From Camelus dromedarius (taxonomy: Eukaryota): DNA of 64,000 bases. Shown in pieces: positions 12,290 to 31,230 of the stretch. Positions within the stretch are counted from its first letter, which is position 1, and each line of letters opens with the position of its first letter. The position numbers and the translations under genes were made by a program. Location: the NCBI RefSeq assembly GCF_036321535.1, contig NC_087444.1, forward strand, positions 80,414,001 to 80,478,000, written 5' to 3'. The notes below the pieces were generated by a model. The model saw only the letters and a list, made by a program, of their open reading frames with translations. It searched no databases and was not told the origin of the DNA.

Positions 12290-13420
12290 AAAAAAAAAAG
12301 GTAATTCACATAACACAAAAATTAACCATTTTAAAGTAAACAATCGGTGGATTTTAGTATAGTCACAATATTACATAACCACCACCTCCATCTAGTTTCA
12401 AAATCTTCCTTGCCCCAGTAATTCCTCATTTTCCCCTACCTCCAGTCCCTGGCAACAACTGATCTCTACTTTATGTCTCTATTAGTTTGCATATTCTGGA
12501 ATTTCATATAAGTGAATTCATACAGTATGTGATGTTTTGTGTCTCATTTCTTCACTTAGTATAATGTTTTCTAGGTTCATGTATGTTGTAGCACATAGGA
12601 GTGCTTTGTTCCTTTTCCTGGCTAAGACTCCATTGTATGGAAATACAACATTTGTTTATTTATTCATCAGTTGGTAGACCTTGGGGTTGTTTCCACCTTT
12701 GGCTGTTGTGAATACTGCTGCTGTGAACAGTCCTGTACAAGGATTTGTTTGAATATCTCCTTCCAGTTCCTTTGGATATGTACCTAGGAGTTAATTGCTG
12801 GATCAAATAGTTAAATCTGTGTTTAGCCATTTGAGGAACTGCTGAACTTTTTTTCTAGGGTGGCTGCACTATGTTACATCCCCACCAGCAATGCAGGAGG
12901 GCTTCAGTTTCTGTACATCTCTGCCAACGCTTTTATTCTCTCTCTTTTTTTTTTTTTTTTTTGAGTAAAGGTAGATTTATTTAGAGAGATACATACTTCA
13001 TAGAGTGTAGGCTGTTTCAAAAGGCAAGAAAAAGGCCACAAGTTGTGGGGGTTGGGTGCTCAGGTTAAAGTAAAAGTAGGTACATACTCTATAGACAGAG
13101 TGTGGGATGTCTCCGAAGAGGAGGGAGCGAGAGGCGGCCTCTCTCTCTCTCTTAATAGCCATCCTAAGTGAATGTGAATCAGTATTTCATACTGATGACT
13201 AATGATGTGGAATGTCTTTTCATGTGCTTGTTGTCCACATCACTTGTGTATCTTCTTTGGACCTCCCCTCCCCTATAACAGTTGTATTGAGGTATAATTT
13301 ATATGCCATAAAAGACACCCATTGCAGGTACCCTTCAAAGAGTTTTAGTAAATTAATGTTCATCATTGTGTAGCCATCACCACACCATCACCACAATCCA
13401 GTTTCAGAACATTTCCTTCC
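12290..13420 (-). mobile_element. Old L1M-type LINE-1 3' fragment, interrupted by a younger insertion at about 12945-13140
   Basis: Typical L1M 3' motifs (cattttaaagt...cctggcaacaactgatct...tgtacctaggagt...gttacatcccaccagcaatg...tagccatcctaagt). Confidence 0.7.
12945..13140 (-). mobile_element. Poly(A)-tailed retroposed element, possibly the 3' end (U3-R) of an LTR transcript
   Basis: T tract 12945-12962 (A tail on -), AATAAA (- strand, 12976-12981) 13 nt before the tail, flanking ctctctct duplication, no tRNA-like head. Confidence 0.5.
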
Positions 13421-13815
13421 ACCTTAAAACTTCCTTTGTGTCGTCTGTGTTCGTCTCTGTGCCAGCCCCAGTGGCCACTGTTTCAGTGGCTGGCCGGAGG
13501 TTTATAGCCCCTCTGTGAGGACCTGATGGAGGGCAGTGGACCCTGGTTCTGGCAGGACATGCCCCCTGCCAGGTGGACACTCTGGTTGCCTCTCTGTCTC
13601 CCTCCAACATCCCCTGTAGCTCCCGTAGATGGAAAGTTAGCTCTAAAGACTTCTTGGGCTTCGGGCCAAATATTGTTGGTGAGAACCCCTCAGAGCGGGG
13701 GTCAGGCGAGCACCATTGCATGCCATGCAGGATCTCAGCAGTGCTGACCCTAACAAGGGGGCAGTGACAGTCTGACTGTGCTTACTTCTGTGTCCCCATT
13801 GCTAGATGACCACAT

Positions 13816-14225
13816 TGTGAAGGAAAAGCCCAGCTGGGCTAAGGAGCTAAGTCACAAATCTAAGTGTGATAAGTGTCGGTTTACTGATCTAAGTTCTGCT
13901 GGGCTAACTCATAAATCTGAAGTTTAGTGTCAGTTTACTGGGCTAACAAGCTAACTTGTAAATCCAAGCTCAACAAGTGTCAGTAACGTGATCTGTTCCA
14001 AATTGATAAGCTCCAGTGTACTGATCCCTTGCTTTTTGTTGTTTGAACCTTATTGGCTAATAGCCCCATACTTGTAATTAACCCTATAAAACCTCATGTG
14101 CACGTCTTGGAGGTGCTCAGAGCTTCGGAGCAGAAGCCCCTCTGAGCCCGCCGGCGTAATAGATCTGAGTACTCCAATCCTCCGAGTGGTGCTTGTTTCT
14201 TGGCTGGCCTGTCATTTCCGTAACA
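13816..14225 (+). mobile_element. Solo LTR, ERV1-like (410 bp)
   Basis: TG...CA termini (TGTGAAGG...CCGTAACA), perfect 4-bp TSD ACAT on both sides, ATTGG box, TATAAA at 14085, poly(A) signal mutated to AATAGA. Related copy at 61046. Confidence 0.9.
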
Positions 14226-14929
14226 ACATGACACCCCACCTTCCATTCACCTCATAGTGTGTGCAGTAGAGAATCCTAGCCTGCTCAGGGATCCCATTAT
14301 GGCTTGGGAAATGATGTTTTCTGAATTCTAGATTTAATTATCTTGGCCAGGACTGGGGCCATGTGTTCCCCTGAAATACAATTCCCTTGGGGAAGGCAGA
14401 ATCAGGGCTGAATTCTCAGAGTGAGGGGCTGCCTTAAAAGCGGCATGATATGGTGACAGATGAGCTTGTTTTTCTGACTTTTTCAGAAACGCTTAAGAAC
14501 TCATGGGTAGGGTGGATTCATTTATGTCAGTCAATGGCAGTCATATTTTTTTCTGATTCTTGAGTTGTAGCATCAGGTGTGGCCTCTGTGTCCTTTTAAC
14601 ATGCTCCAGTCATTCTTAGGGACTGACTTTGTGGCATAATGAGGTGTTCCAGGCTCAGCTGGGCTTTCCCCTTTTGTCCTGGAATCCTTTCTCCCAGGCT
14701 ACCTGGTTCCTCTCTGCAGGGGAAGGATGAAACTCTGAGCTCTGGATGTCTCCCATCCTTTCCCTCCTGCTGTCCCTGGGGGCCAGGGATTCACTTGAGA
14801 AGGCAGAAGTTGGAAGGGATGAGGGTACCCACCAAGCCCAGGACTGGGTTGAACAGTAGGCCCTGGACAGCACCTTCTGTTCTCTGGGGATTGGTTTTCC
14901 CATCTGTGAAATGTGGACTGCAGGAGGCA

Positions 14930-15690
14930 GAAAGATGGTCCCTGAAGCTATGCACATCCTAATTCTTGAAACCTGGAAGTGTTACCGTAATGGGAAAGAG
15001 GATCTTTGCAGTTGTGACTGTGGGTCTGGAAGTGGAGAAATGGGTGGGCTCTAAATGTAAATTAACGTGCATTCTAAGAGTGAGGCAGAGGAGATTGCCA
15101 TCTGNNNNNNNNNNNNNNNNNNNNNNNNNNNNNNNNNNNNNNNNNNNNNNNNNNNNNNNNNNNNNNNNNNNNNNNNNNNNNNNNNNNNNNNNNNNNNNNN
15201 NNNNNNNNNNNNNNNNNNNNNNNNNNNNNNNNNNNNNNNNNNNNNNNNGGCATGTCGGAGGCTGCCATGTTGCTGTATGCTCATAGTACCTCTTCTTTGT
15301 GATCATAGCAAGCTCTCTGGCATCTGTTCTTAATAGGACTTTAGTCCTATTATGAGAGCTTCTCGCTCATGACCCCACCCAACCCTGACTACCTCCCAAA
15401 GGCTCCATTACCAAATACTATCACATTGGCAGAGCTTCAACAGAGGCATTTTTGGGTGGACACAGTTCAGTCCCTAGCACAACACAGAGGCAAAGGCAAT
15501 ATGGAGTTGGAACCACAGAGTGAGTAGAAGACTTTGGCCTTGAAGATGGACATCATGTGGCCACAAGCCTAGGAACCCCTCGAGCCAGCAGATTTCAGAA
15601 TTCTGGCCAACAGAACTGTGCGTTAAATTTTTGTTTTAAGCTACCAAGTTTGTGGTAATGTGTTACCGTAGCCACAGGAAACTAAGGGAG
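14930..15690. mobile_element. Nested MaLR (MLT1-like) LTR remnants: a + copy interrupted by a - copy (about 15255-15480), spanning an N-gap
   Basis: MLT1-type motifs (gatctttgcag..., gacttt ggccttgaagatgg, gttttaagctaccaagtttgtggtaat) and inverse motifs (ctcccaaaggctcca...cagttcagtccctagca). Confidence 0.55.
15105..15248. other. Assembly gap (144 N)
   Basis: Run of N. Confidence 1.
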
Positions 15691-15821
15691 GAAAGATAGT
15701 TATTTTAAGGGGTGACTTCAGAGGCTCAAATGCCTTCTCTGCCTGGCCTGCATCGATGCTTATCTTCTGCATTCCACCTCCAAGCCATCTACTCCCTTCC
15801 TGGGAATCTGATCACGCCATC

Positions 15822-16377
15822 TGCTGGGGGACTCGGCGGCCGGTGCGTGGGCGGTGAAATAATTTATCAGAGACAAAGGAAAACTTAATAGATACGCTGC
15901 TACAGGCAACAGCGGCCACACAGATGAGGGGTGCCTGTGTGTGCACCGAGAGTTGGTTGCTGAGTTCTTTTATAAGGGAGGGTAAGCTTCAACTCCTTGT
16001 GCTTACATGGCACCAGGCACAAAGGGGTTGTGCTGAAGGTTTCTAGAGGTTAGTTGATTCATTACCTATGGGCTTAAGTTCCTTAAGGGAGAAGGTATAG
16101 TTTATCTTTAGGAGCAGGTAGGCAGTCTGATAATGCTTGAGGAATTTTGGGAGGGGGTTTGTTAGGTCATAACTCAGAGTTGTCAGTTTGGCTAAAATAA
16201 TTACATGTTGGGAGAGGAATGTTCTTTGGGTTTTCTGGTCTATGTCTTCACCAAGTGAGTGATTTGGGTACAGACAGCTATCTTGTTATTGTGGCCCCTT
16301 TGGCTCTCTCTGAGGTTTATTACTGGTCCTTGAACCCCATACCACCCTCTGCTAAAACCTTCTGTTAGCTCATCACA
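15822..16377 (-). mobile_element. Probable ERV LTR in reverse orientation
   Basis: Begins TG on + (CA end on -), CpG-retaining U5-like part, CTTTTATA (TATAAAAG on -) near 15967. No clean TSD found; the far end abuts an L1. Confidence 0.5.
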
Positions 16378-17035
16378 AAGAAAAGTCGAGCCACATATAT
16401 CTGGAGAGAACTCCAAATTGAAGAGTTNNNNNNNNNNNNNNNNNNNNNNNNNNNNNNNNNNNNNNNNNNNNNNNNNNNNNNNNNNNNNNNNNNNNNNNNN
16501 NNNNNNNNNNNNNNNNNNNNNNNNNNNNNNNNNNNNNNNNNNNNNNNNNNNNNNNNNNNNNNNNNNNNNNNNNNNNNNNNNNNNNNNNNNNNNNNNNNNN
16601 NNNNNNNNNNNATTATCATATTAAGTGAAGTTAAGTCAGGCAGAGAAAGAAACTATGGCTTGATATCACTTATATGTGGAATCTAAAAAAAAAATGATAC
16701 AAATGAACTTATTTACAAAACAGAAACAGACTCACAGACATAGAAAACAAACTTATGGTTACCAAAGGGGAAAGGCGAGAAGGATAAATTAGGAATTTGA
16801 GATTTTCAGATACTAACCACTATATGTAAAATAGATAAACAACAAGGACCTACTGTATAGCACAGAGAACTACATTCAATATCTTGTAATAACTTATAAA
16901 GAACAGGAATATGAAAAATAATATGTATATATACATTTATGACCGAATTACTATGCTGTACACAAGAGACTAACAGAACATTGTACGTCAACTATACTTC
17001 AACAACAACAACAAAAGAAACAAGAAAAAAAGGAA
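16378..17035 (+). mobile_element. LINE-1 3' end with A-rich tail, spanning an N-gap
   Basis: atcacttatatgtggaatctaaaa...acagactcacagacatagaaaacaaacttatggttacc...actatacttcaacaacaacaacaaaag. Confidence 0.85.
16428..16611. other. Assembly gap (184 N)
   Basis: Run of N. Confidence 1.
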
Positions 17036-17973
17036 AGCCCAGCCAAAAGCCATGTATGGTGTTGCTATAGCTGTGTTGGTAACAGCACAAGCAGGAGGGA
17101 AACCCAAGTGCAGTCAAGAGGAGAACAGGGAAATAAACTACAGCATATTTGTGGAATGGGGTTCTACACAGCAAGGGCATAGAAGGGGTCAAGGCCACAC
17201 GCCACCACACAGATGTGCACTCAGGGAAAGAAGTCAGACACTGACGTGCAAACCCTGTGTGGTTCCACGTATGGACCATAAAGTTTGTCTGTGGTGGGAG
17301 AAGTCAGGACGGCTGCAGCTGGGAGGGGCACAAAAGGCGTCTCAGCCACAGACATTCCATTTTTATCTCTGAGAGCTGGTTACTGAGGGTGCTCCCTGTA
17401 GGTACGATATGTATGCTTTTCTCGACATAGTAAAAGCCTCCATCAAAAGATTAAAAAGTTCATAGAAACAGAAGGCAGATTAGTAGTTTCCAAGGGCCAG
17501 TGGAACAGGGAGTGAGTGCTGATGGGTACAGGGTTTCCTTTTGGGGTGATGAAATTTCTGGAACAAGATGAGCACAACATGAATGTATGAAATGCTCCTG
17601 AACTTACACTTTAAAATAAGTAAAATGATGAATTTGAGGCTATGTAAATTTTAACACAATTAAACAAAAACTGACAGCCATCACCTTCAGGCATTTGTCC
17701 TTTTACACACTGACGGAGTGCCCCCTGGGGAGCAGGCCCTGGGTGAGGCATGGCAGTGCAGCAGTGACCACAAACAGCTTGGAGCGCATGTCCTGTGAGT
17801 CTCTCTAGATGAAGTGTAAAAGTAGAGAAGGAAGCAGCAAGAAAGAGAGGTGGGGAAGAATGTTCTGGGCAAGTGCAATGGCTGTGAGGTGGGAACCACA
17901 CAGTTGGCCTATGTGGCTGGAGCTGAGTAGTGAGGTCAGAGGTCAGAAGGACAGATTCATCAAAATCTGATTT

Positions 17974-18119
17974 ATTTTTTATTTTTAAATTTTTTCGTGT
18001 GTGAGGTAATTAGGTTTATTTATTTATTTACTTATTTATTAATGGAAGTGCTGGGAAGTGAACCCAGGACCTCGTGCATGCAAAGTACGCACTCTATCAT
18101 GGAGTTATACCCTCCCCCC
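17974..18119 (-). mobile_element. tRNA-derived SINE (camelid Vic-1-like)
   Basis: Same family head and tail; TSD aatctgattt at 17964-17973 and 18120-18129. Confidence 0.85.
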
Positions 18120-19760
18120 AATCTGATTTTTATGTGTGGGGTAAAATACACACAAAATTTCCATCTCAACTATTTGAAAGTATACAGTTTAGTGGCATTA
18201 AGTGCATTCATGACATTGTGGGACTATTACAACTATCTAGTTCCTGGATGAAATCTTTGAAGATGCAGAGATTGGAGAGATGTAGTCACAAGACTTCCCC
18301 AGGAAGTGGCTTTGGGGGTGACAGTTGAAGGTGGGAGAGGGAGCCAGGTGCAAGCATGGAGTTTGGGGAGGGAAGAGAGAGTGAGGGTGGCTGTCTGCAG
18401 GTGGGCCCCCAAAAGGGGCAGTGGTTCGGCTGGCACCTCCTGCACATTGTTTCACCCCTTGTGCCCTGTCCACAGAGCCAGAATATAGACAGCGTCCATG
18501 GGTCTGGGATTGGCCACGGTGAGAAGCTGTAAAGGGTGGACAAGGAGCACAGGGGATGAGCCTATAAGGTGACACTGGCCTACTGAGGGGCAGAGCCAAG
18601 ATGTACCCATGTCCTGCCATACACCTCTGGATAGGCTGGCTCCTCAGAGAGGACCTCTGAGTGAGGGTTCTGCCCTGGCCCGGCCCGGCCCTCCTGTATG
18701 CCCACCCTGGCTCGGCCAGTCGTAGGGTGTCTCCTTGTGCTCCCTGAGTTTGCCTGAGCCTGGTTTCCAGTTGACCTAGCCTCCATCAATGCTGTTCTGA
18801 ACAGTTGCTAGAGCCTAGCGAAGGGACTGTAAACAACCTATCTGCCCAGCAACCTCTAGACACCTCCCACCACTCCTCCTGTCACTGCCTCCTGTGTGCC
18901 TGGTTTGCCTCAGGGCATTTGTTGTCTTTGCCTGAATTGTTCTTCCCCCAGGTATTTGGTGGCAGCTGCTAGGGAAGTCCACTCCTACACTCTTTACAAT
19001 CATTGGCTTATTTTGACTGTCTGGCCCCTGACACCCCATGTCTGCCCAAGAGGCAAGGGCAGGTATGGATCACCCCTACCCCGCCCGACCCGGTAGTTTT
19101 GGGGCCCCTTGCAGAGTAGGTGTGGGGTCATGGAAAGTGCTCAGTAAATACTACTAAAGGATTCCACTCTTCACCCTGTGCAGAACCAGCCACCAACTTT
19201 CCTTCCCCGTTATTGGAGGAAGGAAGCTAGGGTCTGGGCCCTGGCCTTGGGGGAGTGGTTGGGAGGGGGCGGGCCAGCCGGTGGGGGCGTGGACTCGCGG
19301 GGACCCCGGTAGGCTGGGCGCTTAGGCAGCTGAAGGGGCGGGGCGGGGCGGGGCTCGGATTTGGGGGCCGCGCTGGAGCTGGAACAAAGGCAGGCGCGGA
19401 AACAAAGCCCTGCAGCCCCCCCAGGCCCTGCGGCGAACAAAAGCCCTAATCCGCCCGGCAGCCCCAGACACACTTCCACCACTGCCACCTCGCTTGGGCG
19501 TATGGGGAGCTGGGGTGGGGGAGGCTGCGTCCGGATAACTCCGAAGCTTTTAGGTGATCGAGCCTGCGAGAGGTGGAGCAGTCTTGGGGCCGGACGTGCC
19601 GACCCTCCAGGTTCTCTGGATCGTTTCAGAGCTGCCGCCCAGGCCTCATCCTGCACTGGAAACCCAGCCCTGCACAGGGGGCCAAGGCCCACCCAGGGAG
19701 CAGCTCCAAGTCACCCTTGCCTCGAGTTTTCTCCGTGCCCAGTGACTTAAGACAGTATCG

Positions 19761-19846
19761 CCTCCCACAGACCCCGATCTCATCTCCGACGGGATCCCCT
19801 CCCACGGACCCCGATCTCACCTCCGACGGGATCCCCTCCCACAGAC
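19761..19846. repeat. 37-bp tandem repeat, about 2.3 copies
   Basis: Unit cctcccacagaccccgatctcatctccgacgggatcc repeated with few mismatches. Confidence 0.85.
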
Positions 19847-20399
19847 GCTGCTCCCACTTCAGACAGGGTCCCCTCTCACTGACCTTGCTTTCCCTTCAGT
19901 CAGGACCCCTCCTCAGACAGGACTCTTCTATCCCCCACAGTCCCTGCCCCACCCCCAGGATTCTCACAGACTCGGCTTCTCCTTCAGACAGGATCCCTAC
20001 AAAAAGGCCATGTTTCTTTTACAGGATTTTGCCTACAAACCTAGCTCCCCCATCTGACAGAACTCCCCCCAGTCTACTTCTTTCTGTCAGGAACACCCTC
20101 CCACCCCCGACACAGAGCCTGCTGCCCACGGAGGCTGGCTTCCCCTCACTACAGAACCTTCCTCCACCCTCAGATGAATCTCCCCACACAGACCCAGCAT
20201 CCTTCTCGGAAGAGATTCACCCACCCAGACCCTTTTCCCCCCCTCAGAATGCCCCATTTTTGAGGTTTAGCCCACCCACCTTGAAGGGCGTCAAAGTCAG
20301 CGCAGCTTCTGTGTAAAAAAGGGGAAGGGGGCGCTTGGGGGGGCTAGGCGGGATTTCAGACTCGCTACTCTTGAGTCCCTTGGGATCTATTTGATTTAG

Positions 20400-27240
<6,841 letters not shown>

Positions 27241-27398
27241 GGCTGGGCACCCCCCTGAGCCAGCCCAACCTGGCTCTGTTGTCTATCCCATCACCCCTCC
27301 TCCCTCTCCTGTTCCTCTTGCCTCTGGTGGTCTGGCTCCCACTCCTTGGTGGTCCATATCCTATTCCCTCACAATATGGTTTTTACTTCTGTGGATTT

Positions 27399-27404
27399 AA
27401 TAAA
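27399..27404 (+). terminator. AATAAA polyadenylation signal of TRIM28
   Basis: About 160 nt after the stop codon. Confidence 0.8.
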
Positions 27405-28111
27405 AAGTTCACCAGTTAATCAGGCCTTGGTTGGTGGGGGCAGTTGTCCTGGGACCTGGTCTCTGCCTGCATCAGTTCCTCACCAAAGCCCTGGTCAGTA
27501 GGGGTGTGGCACTTGTCTCTAGCCATCTGGGTGTCCAGGGAGTGGGGAAGAGCATCCCTCCTGGGCCCTTCCCGATACGAGGAGTGCCTAGGTGGGTAGG
27601 GGTGATCTCACAGTAGGTGGGCAGACCCAGCATAACCCGTTGGTAGGCAGGGTGAATTCCCAGGTATATGGTGTGTGGTGGCCACTCTTCCACGTGCTTC
27701 CTGGCTGGGGTGTAACCATTTCTCATAACCAGAAAGGGTATCACAGCTGGGTGGGCTGAGACTCCCACTGGGCTGAGCCGAGTTGGGCACTGTATCCCTG
27801 GGAGACAGGCCTGGACTTGTAGCATCCTACCAAGGTATCTGGGGACCCTACCATCTTGGGAATGATGGTATTGAGACCAAGATGTTGGAGGACCAGAAGG
27901 AGTGCTGAGCCAATGCCTTTACCTCCCAAGTCCTGAAAATCCTGGGTGGGCTTGTCCTGTCCAGCCCTGCCCAAACCTGGAAACAAGCTAGCCTTCCTTA
28001 CCTCATACCCTGACACACTAAACCTTGGCTGAATGATTCCCACCTCAAGGGACCCCAGCCTGACCTACAACAGGGCAGTCACACAGGCCCAATAACTAGT
28101 GTTCAATGTCT

Positions 28112-28117
28112 TTTATT
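28112..28117 (-). terminator. AATAAA polyadenylation signal of CHMP2A
   Basis: TTTATT on +, about 65 nt past the CHMP2A stop. Confidence 0.75.
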
Positions 28118-28179
28118 ACGGAAGGTATAGTGAAAATGATGGGCCATCCTCCCTGGGGTAGGGGGTAGGGGATAGGGGG

Positions 28180-30139
28180 TCAGTCCCTCCGAAGGTTCTT
28201 GAGCCGCTCCTCGAGGTCTGCATCTGCATCAACTAGGGCAGAGGCTGCAGCCTCTGCTTTCTTCCCATTGGCGGCCACGCTGAGCGAGCCTCCAGTGGAT
28301 GGGAGGTCTGCAGAGAGTGGGAGTTAGGAAGAGAGCCCCTGCAGAAAGGAATAATGCTGGGAGAGGAAGGGTTGGGCTGGGGCGTGGGTGGGACAGCCCA
28401 CGGTTTGAGCACTCACTTGATAGCTCATCTGTCAGGCTCAAGCCTAGCTCATCCAGCACCTGGGCTACAACGGCATCACTAGGTAAGAAAACACAACTCT
28501 GAGGGTCAAGTACACGAAGGCCAGGCATCCATCCCCACCCCCTGACCCGGTGTCTCCAAACCTCTCCTCTTCATCGTCCTCATCACCCATGGCATCGTCG
28601 ATGGCGTCGTTCATCATCTCCTCCTTCATGTCCATGATCTCCGCCTGGCGCTCAAACTCCATCATGATCTTCTGGATCTGGGGCAGTTTCAGCTGGAAGT
28701 GGGAGGAGGGTGAGTCTGGTCCCTGAGGTTAGCCGGGGTAGGGAGGGGAATCGGGAGAGGCGCACCTGTCTGTTCATGGTGCCCATGGCCTTGGTGACGC
28801 CCTTCATGGCTTGTGCCATTGAGTTGTTAGACTTGAGTGTCTGGATCTTGAGGGACACAGCTTGGATGTTGGCTCGCATCAACACAAACTTACGCACGTA
28901 CCGCCGAGTGCGTACCAGGTCTTTTGCCATGATGCGCACGGCATCCTGAGGAGTGAACAGAGGTGGCAGGGAGTGAGCCTTGGGAGTATAACTCACTCCC
29001 ATCTCACCATTCCCGCTGAGGCTTTCAGAGTCTGTGTGCTAAACCTAGTGGCCACTTCTCCCTCGTGCCCTAATGCCTCTTGGGCCACCACTGCATAGAC
29101 TCCTCTGTAAGCTTCTCATTTCTCTGATCAGAAGTCCTTTTTTCTCCATGTCTAAAGTCAACAGCCATTCCTGAATTCCTATCCTGGCCAAAGAACATCT
29201 CTCCCTCTACCTCACACATGCCCACACCTCAGCTTCTAAATCCTGAAGTACTTAACATATCTAATGCTCAGCTTGTGACTTCCTACCAACCCAAACCTCT
29301 TTCTTGCCTTGCCTGTCCCAGGAACGGGCACCTCTCAAATCTAGCTGCTCAGGCCAAAACTTATCACCCATCAGAGGCTTAGCTCCCTCCTAGTTCAGGA
29401 TGTGTCTGTATCTTTTCTCACTGGCCTCCGGGGCCTCCTGATCACGTCTCTTTTTTTTTTTTAAATTTAATTTTGTTGTGAGGAGGAGGTAATTAGGAGA
29501 GTTTTGTTTTTTAAGAGGAGGTATTGGGGATTGAGCCCAGGACGTCATGCACGTTAAGCATGTGCTCTTGAGCTATACCCTTCCCCCGACCTCATCTCTT
29601 GAAATAAATCCTTTGACTCAGTTTAGCTCCCACTGTGGTCCACAATTCCCAGGAGCCTGGCCTACGCCCACCCCTCTGAGCTCACCTACCACTCTCTTTA
29701 TCTAACATTATTGTTGCTCCATCTGTTTGATAAACTTGACGATTGGATCTTTACAAGCTCACTCTCTTAACTACTTGAGGTTTGCCTCTATTAACTCCTC
29801 AGAGGCAGACTTTTAGGACCCTGAAACTAGGGAAGCCCTGCTCACCCTTCACTCCATTTTCCTAGAAGCACCTACCTGTTGTTTTTTTGTCTGTCCTTTT
29901 TGCCACAGTCAGTGTCTGACCAAGCAACAGCACCTAGCCCTGTGTCCCAGCCCCTGCCCAACTGAGCTCACCATCTGGCCCTGCTTGGCCATTTTCTTGA
30001 TGTCTGCGATGATTTTCTTCTCCTGGGTCTCTAGCTTCTGCCGCTCACGATCCAGCTCTCGCATGGCGCGGTTCAGGGCACGCTGGTTCTGCCGCAGCAG
30101 CTCTTCTGGTGTCTTCCGGCGCCCAAACAACAGGTCCAT
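28180..30139 (-). CDS. CHMP2A: Charged multivesicular body protein 2A (ESCRT-III), 222 aa; exons (-) 29972-30139, 28766-28945, 28562-28692, 28417-28478, 28180-28307
   Basis: MDLLFGRRKTPEELLRQNQRALNRAMRELDRER...DAVRIMAKDLVRTRRYVRKF...DADADLEERLKNLRRD*; 669 nt; canonical splice sites. Confidence 0.97.
29450..29588 (-). mobile_element. tRNA-derived SINE (camelid Vic-1-like) in a CHMP2A intron
   Basis: ggaggtattggggattgagcccaggac...ttgagctatacccttcccc preceded by a T-rich tail. Confidence 0.8.
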
Positions 30140-30719
30140 GGCCACGGGAGCCCACTGGTGTGCTGGAGACAAGTGTGAAGCCTAGATGCAGGGTGGCGTG
30201 GGGCGCAGGGAGGCAAAGAGGCAGAGCTGGGGTCACACTGGAACATGGGGTAGCCCCGGGGACATGAGTGGGGACAAGACTTGAAAGTCGTCCACAAGGT
30301 ACCCGCCCCAGCCCCTCCTTCATTACAGTGCCCCGACGGAGGTTCAAGGCTTCAGCCTCCCTCTCCAGACCCTAGGATGAAGCCCTGGAGCCTCCGGGGA
30401 ACCAAGACTGGAGGTGAATATGTGTGGATACACTAGGTCATTTGGAACCCTGAGCACCAACAACAGGGAAGTTAAGAGGGCCCTGACAGAAGCGCAGGCT
30501 CGGTGGAGGCCCCGAGTACCAAAACTAGGGTGGGTGTGGGGGCTCTGAAGCTGACAGCGAGTGGGTAGATTCGGATTGGAGGTTCTGAATGCTGAGGGAC
30601 TCTGGGTGCGGAAAATATGGCTGGGGGTGGTGGGGACCCCTGTACTGTGGACGGGATTATACGTGTTGGACGCCTTGCTCTCCCAGGGAAGCCTGGGGGG
30701 GACAGCTGGGGGCCCTGAG

Positions 30720-31230
30720 CACCGCAGGCAGGACGGCGTAGGGGACCCAGATGATGAGGCAGAGTCCTAGGAAGGGGCGAGGCCCTCATACGCCACCGCC
30801 CACACACCCACCCGGGACCCGCGCCCAGGCAGAGGCTACTCACCGGAGCTGGGACAGGGACTCGCTTCCGTTTCCGGGTCACGCTCCGCTCCTCTCGGAT
30901 CTCTGGAGCGCCCACCAACGACAGCCCCTCGGCTCGGTCGCCTCGGCCGTCGCCGCCGTTTCCGGATTACAGGACCTGACGTCACACGCCCCGCCTGGAA
31001 TGCTGGGAGGGGACAAGAGCGCGCGTGCGCACACGCCCAGGACAGGCCGACACCCAGGCGCATGCGCATCAGCTTCCGTTTCACTGCCATAGGCTCCGCG
31101 TTCCACAGGTTCAGTTCCCGCCTGTAGGAGTTACGTCTGGCGTTCCGATCCCCGCGGAGCTGATGCACCTTCGGTCTAGCCACCCACGAGGTTCCGCATC
31201 CCACCACGTCGCCCACTGTAGGGCCCAGCT
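30720..31230 (-). promoter_or_regulatory. CpG-island promoter and first exon of CHMP2A
   Basis: CpG-rich; NRF1 GCGCATGCGC near 31058; TGACGTCA CRE near 30977; minus-strand donor GTGAG near 30839-30843. Confidence 0.75.

Noticed and set aside
14959-16624. ORFs spanning runs of X
   Set aside because: Artefacts of translating N-gaps.
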